NCBI RefSeq assembly: GCF_016433145.1
Contig: NC_058130.1
Location: 738,532,239 to 738,596,238 of the forward strand
Direction: 5' to 3'
DNA: 64,000 nt
Origin: Gracilinanus agilis
Taxonomy: Eukaryota
Of the stretch, positions 24,873 through 46,601 are shown in pieces. Position numbers and translations under genes: made by a program. The stretch's first letter is position 1. Each line of letters begins with the position of its first letter. The notes beneath the pieces are model-generated. The model saw nothing but the letters and a program-made list of their open reading frames with translations, did no database searches and was not told the DNA's origin.

Positions 24873-27305
24873 CCTGGGAGTGCTGGATTTTGGCAATGAT
24901 ACTCCTAGGAGGTTTCCTTCTCATATTTCTTTCAGAAGGTAACCAGTGGGAGGTGGCTCAGTGGATTGAGAGCCAGGTCTAGAGACAGAAGGTCCTAGAT
25001 CCAAATCTAGCCTTAGACACTTCCTAGCCATGTGACGCTGGGCAAGTTATTTAACCCTCATTGCCTGGCCCTTACCACTCTTCTGCCTTGGAACCAATAC
25101 CCAGTATTGATTCTAAGACAGAAGGTAAGGGCTTAAAAAAAAGGTAACCAGGGGATTCTTTCCATTCCTACTTTGCCCTCTGGTTCTAAGAAGAGGTAAC
25201 TTGATAAGATCCTGAGCCTCTTAGGCAGTCCTTGCTGAACTAATGGAGGTGCTCCCTGAAGTTCCTACAGCACTTTCCAGAGGAGAATATGACCATTGAC
25301 AAGATGAACCTAATTCTTATTCTAAATTGCCAGAAGACAAAATAGCTAGTCAACAGAACTACTAAATATGGGGGGGGGGGGGAGGAGGGTTCAATTCAAA
25401 ATTCTTTCCCATTGAGAAGGCAAGAAATATAGTACTCATTAAATATATGAAGTCATGCAAAATGTTAGGAAGGAAGGAAAAAACATTTAACATTATTTTC
25501 TAATTTTGAGTTTCAAATTCTCTCTCTCCTCTCCCCTTCCTCCCTCCCCATCCTTGAGAAAACAAGCAATTTGGAATAAAAAACTCCTAATTTTAAGAAA
25601 GAATTTGAGGGCAAAGCTATGGAGGGGCTTTTGCCAAAGGTCATACAGTTAGTATGTGGAAGAGTTGATATTTGACCCTGGCTTCTGACTCCACAGTATC
25701 ATATTGCTTTTCTCTTTTATTCTATCTTCAAGGAACTTGTTCTTTTGCTTCCCCCTCTCTATTCTGTCCTTAAGCCTAAATCTTGGATCCTTTTGTCCCT
25801 GGTTATAATAAACTCAACCCTTCTATCTCCTGGGACCTTGCACTTCTGATTCTCATTGACCCACTCCTGCCTGGGTTCCAGTGACCTAGGTCCCTCTGCC
25901 CTCAGTCCCTATCCTAGGACTCTACCCTTATACACCCCACCTCCACCATCTGTCCTGTCCTTGATCCCTCTCTTCTCTGTCTCATGAATATATAATCTCT
26001 ACCCCACCAAACTGGGGTGTTCAACAATTTAGGTTGGGGAAATGGAGTGGAGGAGACTTGAGGAACTAACTCTTAGGTCTTTATTGACCTTGATGGTCAC
26101 AAAAGGAGAAGCCATACAAAGAGGCAAAGTCAAACCTACTGCGGTAAGAGATTGCACCCAACTTCAAGTATCCATTCTCCCTTTCCATCCTCTTTCCCCC
26201 TTGACTTCAGCACCAGGGACAGCCTAGAATGGAGAGAGGAGTCTGGGAAAGTATGTAGGACTATGAAGCATGTTTAATGTAAGGATTACAATTAATATAC
26301 AATAACTAAGTATTATACTTTATATAAAGTTTATTAATAACAACTAAAGTAAAAAAAAAAAAGCTAGCTAACCAAGCTGTGATTGTGGGAAAAGAGAGAG
26401 GTGGAGTTCCCCACAACTACATACAAAATGTGACCACACAGCATGGTGGAGAGATTAAAAGGAATTTGGGGGAATACTGAAGGACTTCTGGGGGATGAAG
26501 TCCAAGATACAAAATTCTCTATACATTAAGCAAGTTTCTGGTTTCTGTGTAGGTAACTATGGATATATATATATAGATATATATATATATATGATTCATA
26601 TGTAATATGCACCAATATATTTGTTGTATTGGCAAATAGTGTGTGTCTTTGACTGTACTCTATCTTATCGCTTTGCCCCTCAGGCATCTGTATGGGTGAC
26701 AGTAGGGAGACTGAATTAGGGTAACTGTGGCTATCACCTAGAGGCAGGGAAGGTACACCCAGGGCATAGAACTTCACCCAGGCCAAAGCACGGACTTTTC
26801 CCAAGGCACAGACTTCTACCTAGGGTTCTAGCCTATGCTCCCACATAAGATCTGGATGTCCATCCCTCTGCACAGGACCCAGGAATTCATCCCCCAGTCT
26901 GGTATCAAAAAGTTGGCCAACTTACATATGAACTTCCCAGCTGGACAGTAAGTAAAGGGAAGACAAAGTAGCAGAAGCATCATTTTGATGATGGCCAAGT
27001 CGCCTGGTGGGGACCAAGGGGAATAGAGGTCTTCCACATAATCCTGAGCTGGACTCAGACTCCACATATTTCCTCCTTGTGAGTATGTAGACAATTCTCC
27101 ACTCCCACCTCCCTTGGACTCCATCACCCCAACTAGAGACTCTTCCCTGTGGAATTGGCAGACGGGCAGAAAATGAGGATTCCTGAAACACTGCCATGGT
27201 CATTCCCCAAAGACCCAGGTATCCAGGTTCAGGCTCTACCTAGGGGCTCAGGCCCCATCCTACCCCAGAAAAAAACCACTCAGGACACTCTGGCCACATG
27301 CCACA

Positions 27306-27311
27306 TTTATT
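27306..27311 (-). terminator. RETN poly(A) signal (AATAAA)
   Basis: tttatt on plus, about 110 nt after the TGA. Confidence 0.65.
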
Positions 27312-27420
27312 TATTTATGTATTTATGTATTTTTAGAGCTAGAGAGCTTTGTCCCCAGGGACCAGACCAGACTCAAGAAGGTTTTGGTGGGGAAAAGGCA
27401 AGGGAAGTCTCTGTCTTAGC

Positions 27421-28349
27421 TCAGCCCTTGCTCATAAACTTGCAGCAGCGGGCACTAGTCCAGTCCATTCCAGCACATTGGCAGTGACAAGTGGTGGCCT
27501 CGCGGACATCCCAAGAGCCACATGCTGAGCCGCAGGAACAGCTTGTGACAGTGAACCCTAAGGAGAAGGGGGGTTAAGGTCTGGACTCTAGGGTCCTGGA
27601 TGGTGAAGGAAGGGAAAAAGAGCCTGGGGCTTGGACCCTGGAGTCCTGGGTGGGGAGGGGGAAAGGAAAGGGAGGCAAGTTTGGATACTGTGGTTCTAGG
27701 GGGAGAAGGAAGGGAAAGGGAACCCGAAGCTTGGACACTGGAGTCTTAGGTGCAGAGAGAAGTTGGAGCCTTGACACAAGAGCCCCAGAGGAGGGGAGGT
27801 TGGGGTAGAACACCAGGAGTCCACACTTACCAGAGGGGCAGGTGGCTAGAGCACCCCGAGAGGTAACGCTGGAGCAGAATAGTTGAAGCTTCTCAAGGGC
27901 AGTCAGAACTGAACCATTATAAAGAAGAGAAAGGCTATAAGATTCCTGTCTGGTCTTTTCCCCCTAGACCAGGAAGTTTCTCCCTTGGTGCCAGCCAGCA
28001 GGCTCCCAGACTTTCCCATGTCCCCACTGCTGGGTCCCCTCCTATTTCCATTGGAACCAACTCCAATGAGCTCTAGAACCAGCGTCAGCTAGAGCATTAG
28101 AGTCTAGTTCAGGTTAGTTTGGGATTGGATTTGGGATGAGGGGCCAGGATTGGGTCAAAAGGAGAATCAGGTTTGGGTTTGGGATAAGGGTCAGGGTTGG
28201 AGTCTACCATGCCCAGGGGCTATGGTACCATAGGAGCCAGCCTGCTCCTCAATCTTCTTGTTTAGAAGCTCGTCTAGGGGACACTGAGCCTGCCCTGGAA
28301 CCAGGTGCCCGAGAACGATGAGGAAGAGGCAGGTGGAGGCAGCCTTCAT
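27421..28349 (-). CDS. RETN: Resistin precursor, 111 aa
   Basis: Coding exons 28229-28349, 27831-27908, 27421-27557 (336 nt, GT-AG, phase 1/1). Protein [111 protein letters not shown] has the exact resistin spacing C-X11-C-X8-C-X-C-X3-C-X10-C-X-C-X-C-X9-CC plus the N-terminal Cys. Confidence 0.97.
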
Positions 28350-28535
28350 CCTCCTGGCTCCTGGGAGAGAAGGGAAAGTCACGATCAGCTCTCCCAATGA
28401 AAACGAGGAGACTCGGCCCGGAGCAAAGCCCTCTTTGGCCGTAGACCAGGAGCTGGCTTTCTATGAAGGATAGTAACCTGGTTTCCAGAGATGGGACCCC
28501 TGGAGCTCTGGGGCAGACGGTGGGGAACGTCTCAC

Positions 28536-28600
28536 CTTTGAGTAGAGTTGAGAAGAAGGTGTTGATGCCAGTCTGTCAGAATCTGGGATGGCGGCCCCTC
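28536..28600 (-). other. Candidate non-coding exon 1 of RETN (upper boundary approximate)
   Basis: Donor AAG|GTGAGA at 28536/28535 and acceptor tctctcccag at 28361 give a 175-nt intron before the ATG exon. Confidence 0.45.
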
Positions 28601-29271
28601 AAGTCCTCAGTGCATCCTCTTCCCTCTCCACCCTCCTCCACCTCCCAGAAGAAGAAGTGCTGACAGTGGTTTCCGGTCTTGGGCAAGTGAGGCTTCCAAT
28701 TCTGGTTCTAGGACTTTGGTTTCCAAATACCACAGACCCCAAGGCTGGGGGGAGGGCAGAGCCGGGCTAAGTCTAGAGACTAGAAGAGAGGATCTCTCTG
28801 GGGCAGGGAGTGCTCGTGGGGCCCCAGGGGAGGACACCCAGTGTCCTAAGACCTCTCTCCCAAATGGCACTGCCTGAAATCCCACCAGTAATGAGGCCTC
28901 TGGACAAGTAAGCAACCCAGTCACAGAAGTGCACTTTCTTCCCCTTCCTTCCTCTTGTGGGAGGGCTGAGGATCAGTCAAACGTTCTTCCCTTCGGTCAA
29001 CGTGGGCAGTCTCTGCTAGGCCCGGTCAAAAGCAACCTGCTCCCGGGGTGGAGGCTGAGGAGGGCTGGGGAGGCTGGGAGGCTGCGAAGAGGTGGAGAAG
29101 TTTGGGAGCCATCAGAGGACCTGAAGAAGGGAAGTATGAGTCTAGCATCTTTAGTACTTCTGACACTCCAGCCCATGCACCACCTGCCCAGCCTAGGAGG
29201 GGGTAGATTTACATTCACAGCCTTTCTGCCCTCTGCACACCATTTCACCCCAGTCAATCGATCATCTAGAG

Positions 29272-29451
29272 CAGCGGTTCCCAAACTTTCGCCCCCTTTC
29301 CAGAAAAAATATTACTTAGCCCCCTGGACATTAATTTTTTTATTTTAATAGCAATTAATAGGAAAGATAAATGCACCTGTGGCTATCACTGCTCTGCTGG
29401 ATCACTGCAGCACCCACCAGGGGGCGGTGGCACCCACTTTGGGAATCACTG
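29272..29451. mobile_element. hAT/Charlie-type MITE, family A copy 2
   Basis: Same element in reverse orientation; TSD atctagag / gtctagag. Confidence 0.9.
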
Positions 29452-32075
29452 GTCTAGAGGTACCATAGTGCACAGAGCTCTGGACCTGGAATCAGGAAGA
29501 CCCGAGTTCAAATCCAGCCTCAGACACTTTCTAGCTGTGAGACCCTGGACAAATCATTCAATCTCTGTTTGCTTTAATCCACCAGAAAAAGAAATGGCAA
29601 ACCCCTCCAGTATCGTTGCTAAGAAAGCCTCCATGCACAGCATTGGTGTGCTATGGTCCCCAGTCATTAAGAGTCGTACGAGACCGAAGTACAACCAATA
29701 ATCAAATAATCAATAAGTAATTCCAATGAACTAGGCACTGTGCCACAAATCTGAGCTGGAAGGAACCCCAGAGGCCACCCACTCCAACCCCCTCATCTCC
29801 CAGAGGAAGAAACTGAGACCCAGAGACTTGATCCGAGGCAGGAATCGAACCCAGGTCCTCTTGGCTTCAGAATGAATGCTCCTTCCACAATAGCACAAGA
29901 AGCTTCCTACATTCCTCCAGAGGGATACAAGTTCCCAGACAGAGAAAGAGCTCAGACCTCCTTAGATCTGATTATTTTTCCTGGGCAGATTCCCAGAGAC
30001 CAGGTGAGAGGAAAATCTATGGGACAGCCAATCAGGGGGAGTCTGGACCGCTGTTCCCTCCTTATCAACCCCAAGGACCCCTTCATTGGTAAAGTCTTAG
30101 ATTAGATAGATTTTGCTACTCTTGCATTCCTGATCCTAAAGGCAGGTTAGGAATGTAACCTAAATGAGCTGGAGAAGGAAATGGCAAACCTAAACATGGC
30201 TGACCTGGTTAGCTATTGGGTACCTCAGAACTTGCTAGTAGAGTCAGAAGTCGATTGTGGGTAAAGACAAGTCGCTTCCATCAGCTAGGACCTAGCAATA
30301 GGCAGCTTTTCACAATTATTTTTTTTAAACCCTTAACTTCTGTGTATTGGCTCCTTGGTGTAAGAGTGGTAAGGGTGGGCAATGGGGGTCAAGTGACTTG
30401 CCCAGGGTCACACAGCTGGGAAGTGTCTGAGGCCAGATTTGAACCCAGGACCTCCTGTCTCTAGGCCTGACTCTCAATCCACTGAGCTACCCAGCTGCCC
30501 CACAGGATTTTCACAATTATTAAAGTATTTTTCCCTCACAGACTCCCTGAAAGAATCTTGGGGGACCCCAGACAACACTTGGAGAACAACTGTCAGAAAG
30601 TCATCGAGAGCTCTGAGAAGTTAATGGTATACCCAGGGTCACAAAGGTAGTTTATAGCAGAAAGGGAACTTGAACTCAGATCTTCCCAGCTCCAAGGCTT
30701 GTTCTCTCTCCACTGTCACTCTTGTCTTTCAAACAGAGGACTTGAATGAATAGGGGGATACATACAAACTCTAAAAACAAGTGAGACATCCAGGTAGAAC
30801 AACGAATAGAGTGCTGAGTCTAAAGTCAAAAAGACATGAGTTCAAATTTGACCTCAGATACATCATCGTTGCACCCTCTTGGGAAAATCAGTTAACTCTT
30901 CTGGGCCTCAGTTTCTCCAAAAATAAAATGAAGAAGTTGAACTAGATAGTTTCTAAGAACCCTTCCAACACTAAATCTAAGATACTCTGATTTGGGGATT
31001 TATAATAGTTTACCCTCTTGTCTCAAGCCTCTCCCCACTCCAGTTCATCCTAAGAAGATGGTAAGGAGGCATCTGGGTAGCTCAGTGGATTGAGAGCCAT
31101 GCCTAGAGACAGAGGTCCTGGGTGCAAATCCTGTACTTGGCTGCCAAGACATCTTCTAAAGCTCATGTCTGACCAAGTCTCTTCTCCCTCCTATCCATCC
31201 CAGCCTCCACCTCCACCCTACCCCAAATCTCCATTCAAATAAATAAAATTAATAGATTGCATGAAAAATTAAATAAATAGAAACTCCCAATGACTCTCCA
31301 GATCAAATATTAAAAGCTCTAGTTGGGTTTTTAAGACCCTTCATAACCTGGCTGCTTCCTATCTCTCCCGTTTCCTCACACCTTACTCCCTTCTATGTGC
31401 TCTGAGATCCAGTGACCCCAAACTCCTTACTTTTTCTTGCAGAAGATATTCCATCTCCCAACTCTGCATTTTCACTGGTTTTCTCTCTGCCTAGAATTCT
31501 CTCCTTTTCCTCCTGGTTTCCTTAGCTTCTTTCAAGACTCTGCTCATGTCTTTCCTCCGAGATTATCTTCAATTTACATTGTTTTTGATTGTTGGAGGGG
31601 GAAAAATGGCAAACCATCACAGCATCTTTGCCCAGGAAACTCCAAATGGGGTCACAACGCATTGATTAATAAGAAAAAAATAGATTGTACAGAGTTGCTG
31701 ATATGTTACCTTCATTAGACTGTGAGCCCTTCGAGGACAAGAGTGGTCTTTTGCCTTTCTTTGATTTTGTTTTTGTTTTAATAACCTTTACCTGCTGTCA
31801 GTTACGAAGCAGAAGAGTGGCAACGACTAGGCAATTGGAATTAAGTAACTTGCCCAGGGTCACGTAGCCAGGACATACCTGAGGACAGATTTGAATCCAA
31901 GACCTCCCACCTCCAAGCCTGAGCCACCCAGCTGTATCCTTTTTCCTTTCTTGGTTAGCACAGTGTCTGGCACATAGTAAATGCTCAATTATGCTCATGG
32001 ATTGAGTGACTGATTGATGTGGAGTCACTAAAAACGGGGGAAGGCAAGGAAAGATCCCTTTAAGAAGATGGTAAA

Positions 32076-32301
32076 GGGGCAGCTGGGTAGCTCAGTGGAT
32101 TGAGAGCCAGGCCTAGAGACGGGAGGTCCTGGGTTCAAATCTGGCCTCAGACACTTCCTAGCTGTGTGACCCTGGGCAAGTCACTTGACCCCCATTGCCT
32201 ACCCTTACCACTCTTCTGCCTTGGAGCCAATACACAGCATTGATTCTAAGGTGGAAGGTAAGGGTTTAAAAAAAATTTTTTTTTAATTAAAAATTTAAAA
32301 A
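32076..32301 (+). mobile_element. Young SINE-1_Mdo-type SINE
   Basis: TSD aagatggtaaa. Confidence 0.9.
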
Positions 32302-32624
32302 AAGATGGTAAATGAGCTGAGCCTTGAAGGGTGCTAGGGGTTCTGAGCTTTGGAGAAAAGGAAAGGGGATAGTCCAGGCAGGGGGCATTGCTTGTGCAAA
32401 GAGATGAGCCGGGGAAGGAATGCTATGAATGTGGTACAGCGGAGAGTTTGGCTGAAGCATAGAGTGAACAAGGCAAAGTAATGTGTAACCCTCCTGGAAA
32501 GAGGCAAAGAGTCACGTTACAGAGAGCTTTAAATATCAGAGAAGAGTGTGTGCTTTCTGAAGGTGGTGGGGCAGTACAGAAGCTTCTGAACACACTCAGA
32601 CCTATGCTTTAAGAATATCACCTT

Positions 32625-32722
32625 AATAAAAGAAGGAAAGGAAGGAAGGAAGGAAGGAAGGAAGGAAGGAAGAAAAAGGAAGGAAGGAAGGAAGAAAAGA
32701 AAGAGAAGAAAGAAGGAAAGAA
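32625..32722. repeat. (GGAA)n-rich microsatellite
   Basis: Directly visible. Confidence 0.9.
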
Positions 32723-35700
32723 GTTACTGGCAGAGTTGTATTCAGCTGAACTAACAATCCCCCCTGATGGTCTGAATTCTTAGAATTTCAAATTATACTA
32801 TATTGATATGTTTATTACTAAGGTACGAATTTCTGTCTTCTATTTCTCTTTTGCCCATGATTCTCATTAAAAAATATTTTCCAGAATTAAAAAAAAAAAA
32901 AAACAGAAAAAAAAAAAGAATGTCACTTTAGGGGCAGGTAGGTGGTTCAGTGTAAAAAGAGCCAGGCCTGTGGTCAGAAGGTCCTGGATTTAAATGTAGC
33001 CTCAGATACTTCCTAGCTGTGTGACCCTGGACAAGTCACTTAACAAATTGCCTGGGCCTTGTTGGTCTTCTGCCTTAGAACTAATACTAAGATAGAAGAT
33101 AAGGATTTAAAAAATAAATAAAAAGGATTATCACCAACACAACTGTGTAGAGGATGGATTGGGGAAGGAAATCATAAAATTGGGGAAAAGAAATTGGAGG
33201 CAAGAGGCCAGTTAAGAGGCTACTGAAACAATCCAGGAGCAAAGCGATGAGAACTTGGCCTCCGGTGCTGAGTGTAGAAAAAGAAGGTCCAAGAGATGTT
33301 GAGGGGATGGAATTGTCAAGGTTTGGGGTGCACAAGGATGACAATTCTGCTTGGATATTTCTCATTTTGTTCCATTCCTAAAGTGGCCTGATCAGTTCTA
33401 AAATCTACCTTGAGCAGTCCAACGTTCTTGAATGCCTACTGGATGCCTCCACACCAATGGGTGTTCTCAAACTCAGTATGGGCAAAATTGGTGTTGTCTT
33501 CTACCCACTTAAGTTGGTCCCTCTTCTCAACCTCTCGATTTCTTCGAAGGGCACCATCTTGCTTCCAATCCCCCAGGTTCAAAAACCCCTCCTTCCCTTT
33601 GGCTCCCCTCTCATCGTCCCCTTCTCTTCACTACAAAGCCATGGCCTTAGTTCAGGCCCTCATCCATCCTCCCCTGGGCAGTTGTATTTGCCTCTTAAGC
33701 GTTACTCTGCTGCCACTCTCCTCCACTCCAACTGATCCTTCCTACAGATGCCAAAGCAATCTTCGTTAGGCGTACAGCTATAGCTGTGTCACTCCCCTGG
33801 TGGGAAGAGTTAGGAAGTGAAAAAGACTTGAAAAAAAAAAAAGAATGGAGCGAGAGACTGTGGATGTCAAATACTCCACGAATTGACTCGGTTGATGTGT
33901 CGGCAGTTTTGCTAAAGTAAAATTTTTCTTCTTTCTCTTATTCTTGGTTGGCAGCTATGCAGCACAGTGACTAGAGCTCTGGGCCTGGAGTCATGAAGAC
34001 CTGTGGCCTCAGATACTTCCTAGCTGTATGACCCTGGACAAGTCACTTAATCTGTCTGCCTCACCTTCCTGACTGGAAAATAATGACAATAATAGCACCT
34101 ACCTCCAGGGTTGTGAGGATTAAATGAGATCATCGTAAAGCACTTTGCAAACCTTAAAGCACTATACAAGTATCTTATTATAGTACTATTATAATAGTAT
34201 TACAAGTGATAGTTCACTGGGTAGAGCAAGAAGGAGGGATATATTGGGGATTGAACAAAAGATGTCAGATTTTTAAATGTTTTAGACTTGGGGTATGTTG
34301 GGCTGAACAAGGGCACACTGGGGAGAGAAAGAGCTCTATTCCCACTGTTGTAGGAACTCCTCTTTCTAAGGGAAGGGTCCCTGACCCAAAAAGGGCAAAA
34401 TTTTCAACTTCAACTGCCCTGTAACTACTCACCCACCTATCCCAGCACTGATTCACAATTATCTTGCTATTGGCCTTTCCCTACCATTGCCCCATGACTA
34501 TGACTTCCTTCACCACTGGCTTTTTCTCATTGGTCTCTCATTTCTTTCTTGGTAGGCCACAGCTATCATTTTCTTAAGTCTGGGACAAGCTTTATAAAAC
34601 ATGGCAGCAACTCTAGCCCTCCCCCTAAATAACACCCTCAAATCAACTTTTTAAGACAAATTCAACTGGGGAAAGGACACAGTGAAGCCACTCTAGTTCA
34701 AAGGGGAAGGGAGATGGTCACCCAGGGTACAATAGCTGGAAAGAAGAAATGTGCACCATCTGGTTAACTTCCAATTTTAACTAATAAAATTTACACCTTA
34801 GCGACTAAACTCACTTGTTTGCAGCTGGAGTACAAGTTCGGTCAGTGCCTTCCATGGATTGGCATTCTGGGGTAAACCGCCTTAGTCATAGCTCTGCCTT
34901 CTACACCACCTCTCTCCTCTGCTCAAAATCTTCTAGTTTCTCTATCCCCACCATCATCACCACTCCTCGTTTCCTACAAGCTGCCTTCCATCCCCATCCC
35001 TTTCTCTAAGTCAAAATTGGCCTCCTCATTGCCAGATCCAATGGCTTTTTCTCAGGCTTCATCTTCCCTAAACCCTTCAGCAGTTTTTGACACTGGTGAC
35101 ATCTCCTTCCTCATAGATACTTTCAAGTTCTTTGAGTTCTTACTTGGCTTTCCACGAACCTCTTTGAGGTTCTTCTTTTTCTACTTCACCAAAATATAGA
35201 ATCATAGATTTACCCTGGGAAAGAACTACCTTGAAGAGCATGCAAACCAACCTTATCTTGTTACAAATGAGGAAATAGGGGGCCAGGGGTGAAGTGGCTT
35301 GATCCTGATCAAAAGTCAGAATTAGGTCAGGAGTTGAACCTTAGTTTTCTGACTACAAAGCTAGGTCCTCACTTTCTTCCTTGTCTTTTAACAGGGCTGG
35401 TTCCCTATGGGTTCTACTCCTGGCCTCCTTTCTACATCCCTCTTCTCCAGTCCTCAACTCCAGCCCCATATGTCTCACAGGGATCTCAAACTTAACATAT
35501 ACAAAATGGTGCTCAGATCTTTTCCCCTCCATAAAGAAGTATTGATCCGTTTATCCTCATGATTTCCCTTCTGCCATCAACAATGCCACCATCTTCCATG
35601 TTGTCCAGGCTCAAAAAGCCTTTTGGCTTGTTCCTCCCCCACGGTCCCCACATCCAGTCACTTCCATTCCACCCTCACACCACTCTGACCCATGCCCCTT

Positions 35701-35774
35701 TCTCAGTCCCACTCTCATGGCCCTCCCCCATCACCTTTCTTTCATCTGTATAAGTCTCCCTATCTCTAGCTTTG

Positions 35775-35890
35775 CCCTTCTCCGTGTATCGTTCCCCTTC
35801 AAACATGTATGAAGAACCATCTGTGTACATGTTTAGGTCTGCATTTCCTAGGGGAGTGTCTGTCAAATCCTCTCGTCTTCTGCACAAATC
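35775..35890 (-). mobile_element. Isolated ERV pol RNase H fragment
   Basis: Translates RREDLTDTPLGNADLNMYTDGSSYMFEGERY, the class I retroviral DL.D.PL..AD...YTDGSS motif. Confidence 0.8.
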
Positions 35891-36861
35891 CCACCCTTAC
35901 ACCAGGCAAGTATTCTCCACTAGGAGTCAAAGTAAGCTTCCTAATACTTAGGAAGATGCTTTAGGACTACCTCACCCATAGCATCATCAATCTAGAGCTG
36001 CGGGGGGAAGGGGAGGGGGCTGAGGGGGAGCCTTAGAGTTCATCTAGCCAACCTCTTCATTTTACAGATGAGGAAACCACCCAAAAAAGGGAAGTAAATT
36101 GGCCCAGGTCACTTGAGGGAAGGAATCATCTCAATTTTGATCTCTGTAGCTGGAATACATTAGCAAGGACTAAGATTATAAATATTTGGGAGGTCGTGAT
36201 CTTCCCATTGCCTAAGTTTTATTTATCTGAGTGTTCCTCATCCCTGCCCCGTAACTGAAGGATAGGACCAGGATGGTGCTGTAAACTTGGGGGAAAGGGG
36301 AAGGGAAAGCTCGGGAGCACCTGGGAGTTGGCTGGTGCTAAACTAGGATGGGACTTCTTAACACTTTTGGCGCCCCAGACCCCTCTGGCAGTCAGTCCAC
36401 TGAAGTTTATGGACCCATCCCTTTCAGAACCATGTTTTCAAATGCATAAAATCAAATACGTAGGATTACAAAGGAAACCAATTATATTGAAATAAAGATG
36501 TAATTTTTTCCCATTAAAGTTCACAGAGCCCCTGAAAATCTATCCACAGATCCCAAGATAAAAACCTTGAATCTAGGGGAAATTCTCTGACTTTCTTTAT
36601 AATGAGCCCATGTATGCTCAAAAAAGGGACACCAGTAGCCAACCACATTGTTCATCCAGGAGCTCATCAACATCCGCCTAGAGTACCATCTTGGAGGCAG
36701 GAGGTACCCATATCAGTGAGGTCACAGAGCTGTTAAGGGATGCACAGATCTGATCCCCTCCCTCCTCTGCTCCCTGAGATCAGGGCCTGCTATGAGGATC
36801 TGGACGCAGGAAGAAGGTGACCCAGAGAGGGGATGAGATGAGGTTGGGGGGGCGATGGGAT

Positions 36862-36867
36862 TTTATT
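36862..36867 (-). terminator. STXBP2 poly(A) signal (AATAAA)
   Basis: tttatt on plus, about 45 nt after the stop. Confidence 0.75.
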
Positions 36868-36912
36868 TCCTACTGGGCACAGGGTAGGGAAATGCGTCAA
36901 GCTGTTCCACAC

Positions 36913-45582
<8,670 letters not shown>

Positions 45583-45850
45583 CTTCCCCAGTGGGGCCAC
45601 TGCTTCCGGGTTTGGCCCAGGAGGGGCGGGGCCCAGGCCGTGTCATCGCAGGAGACACGCCCCTCTCCACCTGGCCCAGCCCCACCCCTCACCTGGCCAC
45701 GCCCCAAGCACCTGGCCCTGCTCTCCAGCTCCGCAATGAGAGTCAGTTTCTGCTCCTGGATCCCGTTTTAGGAAGGTGGGAACGAAATGGGGAGAGTCTC
45801 CGAGGCGGCCGCAGCACTCGTGCCCGTTAGAGCCAACACTCCTGATAATA
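45583..45850 (-). promoter_or_regulatory. STXBP2 CpG-rich promoter
   Basis: Local CpG enrichment in a CpG-poor genome; CCGGAAG ETS site (about 45604-45610 on minus) and GC box GGGGCGGGG (about 45623-45631) just upstream of the ATG. Confidence 0.75.
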
Positions 45851-46134
45851 GTTTTCCCATCGGTAGTATGGGATAATAACGGCACTTTGTGAGAGAGTTG
45901 TGAAGCGCTTTGCAACCCTTAAGTAGTCTTGTATATATTAGCAATTACTACTATTATTATTATTACTTATACATAAAGACACTCGGGTACGCAGGGGCAC
46001 ACACAGATATAGGAACAATCACAGACTCACCTAATAATGACTTTTATAAAAGCGTGAAAGTTTGCGACAAATATCACTACTGGCTCAGAAATGATCAGAG
46101 ACTTACCGGTGGGTCATGCTACACAGGTAGTATC

Positions 46135-46316
46135 NNNNNNNNNNNNNNNNNNNNNNNNNNNNNNNNNNNNNNNNNNNNNNNNNNNNNNNNNNNNNNNNNN
46201 NNNNNNNNNNNNNNNNNNNNNNNNNNNNNNNNNNNNNNNNNNNNNNNNNNNNNNNNNNNNNNNNNNNNNNNNNNNNNNNNNNNNNNNNNNNNNNNNNNNN
46301 NNNNNNNNNNNNNNNN
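46135..46316. other. Assembly gap (182 N)
   Basis: Run of n; the flank at 45900-46134 looks like low-quality read end. Confidence 0.99.
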
Positions 46317-46540
46317 CCTTCATTTCTCCTTTCCTTATCTATGATGTCATTGGTGTAGGGAGGTCACCCACTTAGAAACCTTACAAGTGCAACTTAAAAG
46401 TTTGCTTTTATAGTCAGAGAAGTGTCTGGAGAAATGAGAGAGTAAATAATTTGCCCAGGGTCACACAGTCAGTATGTGGACTTGAATCAGAACCTTTCTG
46501 ACTGCCACCAGCTTTTTCCACTCTGCCAGTGCAATTACCA

Positions 46541-46541
<1 letters not shown>

Positions 46542-46601
<60 letters not shown>
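46542..46601. repeat. (CA)n microsatellite, about 29 units
   Basis: Directly visible. Confidence 0.95.

Noticed and set aside
26828-27127. 99-aa ATG ORF downstream of RETN with a hydrophobic stretch
   Set aside because: No homology recognised; lies in LTR-like sequence with short tandem units
45890-46134. Odd CpG-rich sequence beside the gap
   Set aside because: Probably low-quality read end or SINE tail; not interpretable
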